Below, in pieces: positions 58,662 to 64,000 of a stretch of DNA of 64,000 bases (its first letter is position 1; each line of letters opens with the position of its first letter). The stretch spans positions 6,435 to 70,434 of the forward strand of contig CAZQGH010000002.1 in NCBI GenBank assembly GCA_964592915.1, read 5' to 3'. The notes under the pieces were generated by a model that was given only the letters and a program-made list of their open reading frames with translations, had not been told where the DNA came from and made no database searches. Origin of the DNA: Candidatus Woesearchaeota archaeon (GTDB lineage: Archaea > Nanobdellota > Nanobdellia > Pacearchaeales > GW2011-AR1). Both the position numbers and the translations under genes were made by a program.

Positions 58662-59225
58662 ATGGCAAAAGGATTATACCATTATTTAAGGCAAGCATGG
58701 AAAAAACCAGATAAAAAGGTTTTAAGAGAAAGAATGATTGAGTGGAGAAAAGGTAAAGCTGCAGAAAAAGTCGAAAAACCTTTAAGATTAGACAGAGCTC
58801 GTTCATTAGGCTATAAAGCTAAAAAAGGTTTTGTAGTAGTGAGAGTGAAGCTAAAAAGAGGAGGAAGAAGCAAGACAAGGCCAAGAAAGGGAAGAAGAAG
58901 CAAAAGAATGACTTCCAGGAAAACCCTGAAGATGAGTTATAAATGGGTGGCAGAGCAGAGAGCACAGAGAAAATTCAAAAATCTGGAAGTATTAAATTCA
59001 TATAAAATTGGCAAGGATGGGAAAAATTATTTTTTTGAAGTTATAATGATTGATACATCAAAACCAGAAATAAAAAATGATAAACAAATTAATTGGATAT
59101 TGAATAAACATACAAAAAGAGCATTAAGGGGTTTAACATCCTCTGCAAAAAAATCAAGAGGACTAAGAAACAAAAAAACAAAAAATCGGCCTTCAGTAAG
59201 AGCCGGAAAAAGAAGAGGCAAATAA
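58662..59225 (+). CDS. rpl15e: 50S ribosomal protein L15e
   Basis: MAKGLYHYLRQAWKKP...VVRVKLKRGGR. 187 aa. Confidence 0.85.
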   Translation: MAKGLYHYLRQAWKKPDKKVLRERMIEWRKGKAAEKVEKPLRLDRARSLGYKAKKGFVVVRVKLKRGGRSKTRPRKGRRSKRMTSRKTLKMSYKWVAEQRAQRKFKNLEVLNSYKIGKDGKNYFFEVIMIDTSKPEIKNDKQINWILNKHTKRALRGLTSSAKKSRGLRNKKTKNRPSVRAGKRRGK

Positions 59226-59277
59226 TTGTAAACGCGATTTCCAAAAACTTTTTAAATGCTTAAATCTAAGACAAAAC

Positions 59278-60348
59278 ATGGAAGAGGAAAATCCTGAAAA
59301 AAACAATTCTGAACAAGAAACTAATAGGAATTCTGAAGAAGATAATAAAGAAGTTAAAGGAATAAAAAAAGAAAAAATTGTTGAAATTAAAAAACCTAGT
59401 AATGTAGATAAAGTAAAATCAAATCCGTGGATTCTTGCTACAATTGTTTTAGGTGTTTTATGTGTTGTTTTAATAATCATGCTTTTAAATGGGAGTATTG
59501 GAGTAACAGGAAATTTTGTTGCTGTAAATACTGCTGGTGAAGAAGCTGTTGATTTGATTGATAATGTTTTTGGAGTTGAGATGGAATATGTTAATGGTAA
59601 AGAAGTTGATGGTGTTTATCAGCTAGATTTCAAATTGGAAGATAATCCTGTAACTTTAAGAGCTACAAAAGACTTTTCATTTTTAATGCTGCCAGATGGC
59701 AGATGGCTAAGAACTGCAGATTATGATGAAGATGCAATAGCCCAGATTCAGGCTGCACAAGAACAAACAGAACAGCAAACTCCTCAAGAAATTCCTAAAT
59801 CTGATAATCCTCAAATTGAATTATTTATAATGACTCATTGTCCTTATGGAACTCAGGCAGAAAAAGGTTTTGTTCCAGCTATAAAAACTTTAGGAGATGA
59901 AGCTAATGCTAAAATAAGATTTGTTCATTACTTTATGCATGAGCCCGAAGAAGAAGAAACACTAAGGCAGGTGTGCATTAGAGAAGAACAGGAAGATAAA
60001 TGGTTAGATTATTTAGAGTGTTTCTTAGAAGACGGAGACTCAGCAAGATGCATTGAAGAAGTTAAAATAAATGAGGAAAATTTAAATGATTGTATTGAAA
60101 ACAGAGCTGATGGATATTATGGAGAAGATTCAGCATTAAGTGAGCAGTATGGTGTAAGAGGTTCACCAACTTTAGTAATTGATGGTGAAATAGTTTCATC
60201 TGGAAGAAGTCCTGATGCGATGCTGACAACTATATGCTCATCTTATAATACTGAGCCTGATGCTTGTTCAGCGGAATTAGCAAGTGAAAATCCAAGCCCA
60301 GGTTTTGGATATACTGGAAGCGGAACAGCTACAGATGCTCAATGTTAA
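59278..60348 (+). CDS. membrane-anchored protein with C-terminal thioredoxin/DsbA-like domain (single Cys in CPYG motif)
   Basis: TM after a K/E-rich N-terminus. FIMTHCPYGTQAE and SPTLVIDGEIV. Confidence 0.35.
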   Translation: MEEENPEKNNSEQETNRNSEEDNKEVKGIKKEKIVEIKKPSNVDKVKSNPWILATIVLGVLCVVLIIMLLNGSIGVTGNFVAVNTAGEEAVDLIDNVFGVEMEYVNGKEVDGVYQLDFKLEDNPVTLRATKDFSFLMLPDGRWLRTADYDEDAIAQIQAAQEQTEQQTPQEIPKSDNPQIELFIMTHCPYGTQAEKGFVPAIKTLGDEANAKIRFVHYFMHEPEEEETLRQVCIREEQEDKWLDYLECFLEDGDSARCIEEVKINEENLNDCIENRADGYYGEDSALSEQYGVRGSPTLVIDGEIVSSGRSPDAMLTTICSSYNTEPDACSAELASENPSPGFGYTGSGTATDAQC

Positions 60349-60371
60349 ATGATAAATTCTAATCTAAATTT

Positions 60372-60734
60372 TTGAGGTTAATTGAAATGAAAATATCTGA
60401 ATTGCAAATTGGTCAGGGAAAAGCTGATGTAGAAGGAGAAATTGTAGAAGTGGGAGAAGCCAAAACTTTTAACAAGTTCGGCAAGGATTTAAGAGTTGCA
60501 AATGCAACTATTAAAGATGATTCCGGAGAAGTGACTTTAACTTTATGGAATGAGGACATTGAGAAAGTTAAGAAAGGAGATAAAGTTAAGGTAAGTAACG
60601 GGTATGTTAACCAGTTTAACGGAGAAAAACAGCTTACATCAGGTAAGTTTGGCCAGATTGAAGTTGAAGGAGAAGAGCCGGAAAAAGAAGAAGAGAACCA
60701 GGACAAAAAGCAAGAAGAAAAGAAAGAAGAGTAA
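60372..60734 (+). CDS. single OB-fold ssDNA-binding (RPA/SSB-like) protein, putative
   Basis: GEIVEVGEAKTF...LRVANATIKDDSGEVTLTLWNE OB-fold pattern, acidic tail. Confidence 0.45.
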   Translation: MRLIEMKISELQIGQGKADVEGEIVEVGEAKTFNKFGKDLRVANATIKDDSGEVTLTLWNEDIEKVKKGDKVKVSNGYVNQFNGEKQLTSGKFGQIEVEGEEPEKEEENQDKKQEEKKEE

Positions 60735-60774
60735 TTTTATATTTAATCTTTTCTGTATTTTATTGTTTACTAAT

Positions 60775-61938
60775 TTATTTTTCCAAAAATTCCATCTCTT
60801 TTTCATCTAATTTTAATTGTTTTTGAATATCTTTATCTTTTAAGAAATTTTTAATTAATGAGAATTCTCGTAGTGCGCGTTTTTTGTTTGTATGAGTGTA
60901 TTTTGCATATTTTTCAGCTATTGATTTTTTATATTTTAATTTTTGATTCATGAGCCATATTTTTAATATTCTTTTTGGTCTTTGATATTTAGTAAAGCCA
61001 CTTTTTGGAGCAGATTTAGCAGCTGATACTCCTATTGATAATAAGAAATTTTCATAAACCAAAAACCTCCAGTGTTGTTGTCTGTAAATTCTTCCTCTGA
61101 ATACATCTGCTTTGCTTACTGCATCTATTGCTTTTGCTAATGCTTCCCCTTCATACTCTCTGGGTATATTTTCTTCGACCCATAAAAATATTTCATCTAA
61201 TCTCATATTCACTTTGTCAAAGGCTCTTAGAGTTTCGTAACTTGGAGCAGACTGAAAGACAAATTTTAAAGTGTGGAAAATATCCTGTTTTTTGTCTCTT
61301 TCATGTATGTCTTCATGAGCTGTATTTTTGCCTAATGTTTGCAAATCATTTATTGCTGCTCTTATGTCTCCTTTTGTTTTTATTGCAACACTTTTTAATA
61401 GTTCATCATCAATATCAAAATTCTCTTTTCTTGAGATGTTTTTCAGAATATTAAAGATTACTTTGTAGTCTACTTCTTTGATTTGAATGATTTCAGCTTT
61501 TTTTCTCAGATTCGAGAATTTTTTATCCCATATATCGTTTGCAGTTAGTATAAGCGGGAAATTGGAGTTATTTATTAATAAGATTAGCTCTGGTAATCCT
61601 CCTCTGTCATCTCTTGTTATTCCGTCTATTTCATCTACCAACAATATCTTGCCCTTTTTCCCAAATAATGATTGCTGTTCTGAAGCTCCTTTCAAAACTG
61701 TTTTTATGCTCTCTCTGTCTCTTAAATCTGAGGCATTTAACTCTATTATTTCTAAATTTGTTTCTTCAGATAAGGCATAGGCTAGTGAAGTTTTGCCTGT
61801 TCCCGGCGGTCCACTTAAGATTAAAGCTTTTTTCTTAGGAAAATTATTCATAAAGCTTTTTACTCTTGCAACTACATTATCCTGTCCTTTTATATCTGCA
61901 AAACATTTTGCCTGATATTTATCACATAGAGTTTTCAT
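60775..61938 (-). CDS. rfcL: replication factor C large subunit
   Basis: [18 protein letters not shown] Walker A, DEIDG box, RFC box layout. 387 aa. Confidence 0.75.
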   Translation of the reverse strand: MKTLCDKYQAKCFADIKGQDNVVARVKSFMNNFPKKKALILSGPPGTGKTSLAYALSEETNLEIIELNASDLRDRESIKTVLKGASEQQSLFGKKGKILLVDEIDGITRDDRGGLPELILLINNSNFPLILTANDIWDKKFSNLRKKAEIIQIKEVDYKVIFNILKNISRKENFDIDDELLKSVAIKTKGDIRAAINDLQTLGKNTAHEDIHERDKKQDIFHTLKFVFQSAPSYETLRAFDKVNMRLDEIFLWVEENIPREYEGEALAKAIDAVSKADVFRGRIYRQQHWRFLVYENFLLSIGVSAAKSAPKSGFTKYQRPKRILKIWLMNQKLKYKKSIAEKYAKYTHTNKKRALREFSLIKNFLKDKDIQKQLKLDEKEMEFLEK

Positions 61939-62359
61939 CTTGTATTTGGTTTATTTTATTCAAATCTCCGTTTAGTAAAGTAATATTCATAGCTTTTATT
62001 TCGTCTGTATAAGGCATTTCTGGAATTGAATTCAGGAGAAATATTTTTTTACCTAGAATGTGCGCATAAGCCATTTCAATTAATGCATTACCTCCAATAT
62101 AATTTTTAATTCCTTTTTTTTCATTGTTGATAATAAGTATTGCATCATTATCTTTTATCAGATTATAATAAGTTAGGTATAAATCATAATCCATTTTGTT
62201 TTGGACAGCTGCTTTGTGCATTTCTTCTGATGATTCTAATTTTAAATAATCTTCTATAAACTCTGGCAATTTAACTTCATGACCTAAATCCGTTATTTTC
62301 TTACCTGTTTCTGCCATTTCTTTGGCAAAACTTATGCTTCCTAATATTAGTATTTTCAT
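61922..62359 (-). CDS. nucleoside 2-deoxyribosyltransferase-like (YtoQ/NDT-fold) protein, putative
   Basis: MKILILGS...GGNALIEMAYAHILGKKIFLL. Overlaps both neighbours. Confidence 0.4.
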   Translation of the reverse strand: MKILILGSISFAKEMAETGKKITDLGHEVKLPEFIEDYLKLESSEEMHKAAVQNKMDYDLYLTYYNLIKDNDAILIINNEKKGIKNYIGGNALIEMAYAHILGKKIFLLNSIPEMPYTDEIKAMNITLLNGDLNKINQIQDENSM

Positions 62360-62661
62360 TTATATTCTGAAATTCTTTTTTTAAATTTTTCAAGAGTATT
62401 AGATGCAAATTCGTTAATGTTATCAGGATTGATTTCAATTCTGTTTAAAATTGAGATTATATTAAACATAACATCTCCTGCTTCTTCTTTTATATGCTCT
62501 TTTGAATCAGTTTTATCTCTTGAGTATCTTCCTCTGTATTTTTGAACTGCGTTATTAAACTCTCCTAATTCCTGAGTTAATTTATTTAGAATATCATCTA
62601 TATTTAATCCTATTCCATCTTCAATCTTTTTTGCTTCATCTGCAATTTCTTTAAATTTCAT
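62356..62661 (-). CDS. MazG-like nucleotide pyrophosphohydrolase (all-alpha NTP-PPase)
   Basis: LTQELGEFNNAV...EEAGDVMFNIISILNRIEI. Confidence 0.55.
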   Translation of the reverse strand: MKFKEIADEAKKIEDGIGLNIDDILNKLTQELGEFNNAVQKYRGRYSRDKTDSKEHIKEEAGDVMFNIISILNRIEINPDNINEFASNTLEKFKKRISEYK

Positions 62662-62673
62662 TTTCTATGTCAT

Positions 62674-63003
62674 TTATACTTTCTGAAATCCCTCAAAATG
62701 GATTTTTTCATCATCATAAACTTCTAAAATCTCATATAATCCTTTTGTCCATACTTGGTTATCAATCAAAAAATGGGTTGCTTCAATTATCCTAATGCTT
62801 GCTAAAGGTCTTGATAATCGGCTTCCATCAGTTTCAACAAGAGGAATTTCTCCTTCTAACCAGTAATTTCTTTGCTCTTTTTTTAAAAATTTGTGAGCTT
62901 CTTTTGGTGTTAATAAAAAAGGAAGGCATTCTGCTTCTTCTCTATCTGGAGTATCATGAGCTCTTAATGCTAAATCAGGATTATATTCTGTTTGTATTCC
63001 CAT
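62674..63003 (-). CDS. hypothetical protein (possibly ASCH/PUA-like)
   Basis: 109 aa. Weak resemblance only. Confidence 0.25.
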   Translation of the reverse strand: MGIQTEYNPDLALRAHDTPDREEAECLPFLLTPKEAHKFLKKEQRNYWLEGEIPLVETDGSRLSRPLASIRIIEATHFLIDNQVWTKGLYEILEVYDDEKIHFEGFQKV

Positions 63004-63018
63004 TTTTTATTATTTGAA

Positions 63019-63981
63019 TTATCCCTTCCCCAGTCCAGCTAATACAAATGAAGCTATTAATGCTTCTAACTGAATAAATTCGTCACTTCCTTCAACCATC
63101 CTAAACTCAATTTCTCCTGTTTTTTCAGTTAGCTTGACTTTGATTTCTGGCTCTATTTCTAAGTTCCAGATTTCTTTTTGTATTGCTTTTATTATATCTT
63201 GTCCTGAAATTGATTCTTTTAACATAATATCTAATAATTTATCTTTTGCATTTTGAAAATCTCCTGATAAAGCATAATCCAACACAATTTTGATATCTTT
63301 AGGTTTTGCTGATGCTACAACTGTATCAATTAAATCAGGAGTGATTTTTGGGGAGATTGAGGCAGTTGACTGCAATAAGTTCACAACTCTTCTTGCATCT
63401 CCTTCAGCTGACTCGTATAATGAGTCAATTGCTTTATCTTCAATTTCTAAACTTTCACCTTGAACAATGTTTCTTATTATTTTTTCAATATCTTTTTTTT
63501 CTAAAAGCTTAAATCTAAATATCGCACATCTTGATTGTATTGGATCGATGATTTTTGAAGAGTAATTACATGATAATATAAATCTGCATGTATTAGTGAA
63601 ATTTTCCATAGTTCTTCTTAATGCCTGTTGGGCTTCTCTTGTTAAAGCATCAGCTTCATCTAAGAAAATAACTTTAAATGGGATGTCAATTAGAGATTTT
63701 GTTCTGGCAAAGTTTTTAACTTTCTGCCTTACTACATCAATTCCTCTTTCATCTGAGGCATTTAATTCTAAGTAGTTTTCTCTCCATCTGTCTCCAAATA
63801 AATCTTTAACTGTAACTAGAGCTAAAGTTGATTTTCCGGTTCCTGCTGGCCCTGCAAATAGCAAATGGGGTATGTTCATTGCATTAGTCAGATTCTTAAC
63901 TCTTTTTACAATCTCTTCCTGCCCGATAACCTCTTCAAAATTTGAAGGACGATACTTTTCAGTCCAGATTTGACTTGACAT
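63019..63981 (-). CDS. rfcS: replication factor C small subunit
   Basis: WTEKYRP, LLFAGPAGTGKST, DEAD box FLDEADALT, SRC motif. 320 aa. Confidence 0.85.
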   Translation of the reverse strand: MSSQIWTEKYRPSNFEEVIGQEEIVKRVKNLTNAMNIPHLLFAGPAGTGKSTLALVTVKDLFGDRWRENYLELNASDERGIDVVRQKVKNFARTKSLIDIPFKVIFLDEADALTREAQQALRRTMENFTNTCRFILSCNYSSKIIDPIQSRCAIFRFKLLEKKDIEKIIRNIVQGESLEIEDKAIDSLYESAEGDARRVVNLLQSTASISPKITPDLIDTVVASAKPKDIKIVLDYALSGDFQNAKDKLLDIMLKESISGQDIIKAIQKEIWNLEIEPEIKVKLTEKTGEIEFRMVEGSDEFIQLEALIASFVLAGLGKG

Positions 63982-64000
63982 AATGAATTCAGTTTTTGTA

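Noticed and set aside
58471-58806. 111-aa minus-strand ORF
   Set aside because: Overlaps the well-supported rpl15e CDS on the other strand and the conserved noncoding motif. Low-complexity hydrophobic translation. Likely spurious.

Overview
The window is AT-rich (roughly 30% GC), gene-dense, with short intergenic spacers. Its informational genes are archaeal: RFC small and large subunits, aRF1, TFS, RpoL, L15e, NAC, Sec61-beta, RadB, CDC48, aMBF1, archaeal-type signal peptidase, endonuclease V, and a tRNA carrying a canonical-position intron. It also carries bacterial-type gyrase (gyrB-gyrA) and a type IA topoisomerase. This mix, with small proteins, a minimal metabolism and many membrane or surface proteins, fits a DPANN-like archaeon such as the Woesearchaeota, Pacearchaeota or Nanoarchaeota; that is an inference from gene content, not from a database hit.

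Recognisable content, in order along the window:
- a Bat-like MoxR-DUF58-vWA operon
- gyrB and gyrA
- CDC48, preceded by a translationally coupled zinc-ribbon/MazE-like gene and an 85-aa gene
- a secreted Q/N-repeat protein, a GNAT, a PP2C-like protein, signal peptidase I, TFS, a HAD hydrolase and tRNA-Lys(CTT)
- a DacZ-like diadenylate cyclase, DUF99 and PCMT
- serS and serA
- a five-gene overlapping minus-strand operon (a SAM methyltransferase plus four unknown proteins), divergent from an HTH regulator
- Topo IA with a C-terminal C2H2 finger
- RadB, AMMECR1, CYTH and DinB
- an MFS transporter, a NYN protein and an intron-containing tRNA-Gly(CCC)
- ITPase, metG, and chorismate mutase-tyrA-pheA
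- MinD, NAC and Sec61-beta
- an HhH-GPD glycosylase, valS and aRF1
- ScpB and a processive GT2 synthase locus
- aMBF1-like, RpoL and EndoV
- two paralogous poly-Gly surface proteins flanking a stand-alone S16 Lon-like peptidase, then tRNA-Ile(GAT)
- L15e, and RFC-L plus RFC-S with an NDT-like/MazG-like pair between them

The most unusual non-genic signals are a 36-39-nt hairpin-forming miniature repeat in three copies, one inserted in-frame inside pheA, and a second conserved ~37-nt motif present twice. No CRISPR array, rRNA or transposase was seen. Most of the features flagged as unknown are assessed from motifs only, so they are listed as candidates rather than established systems.
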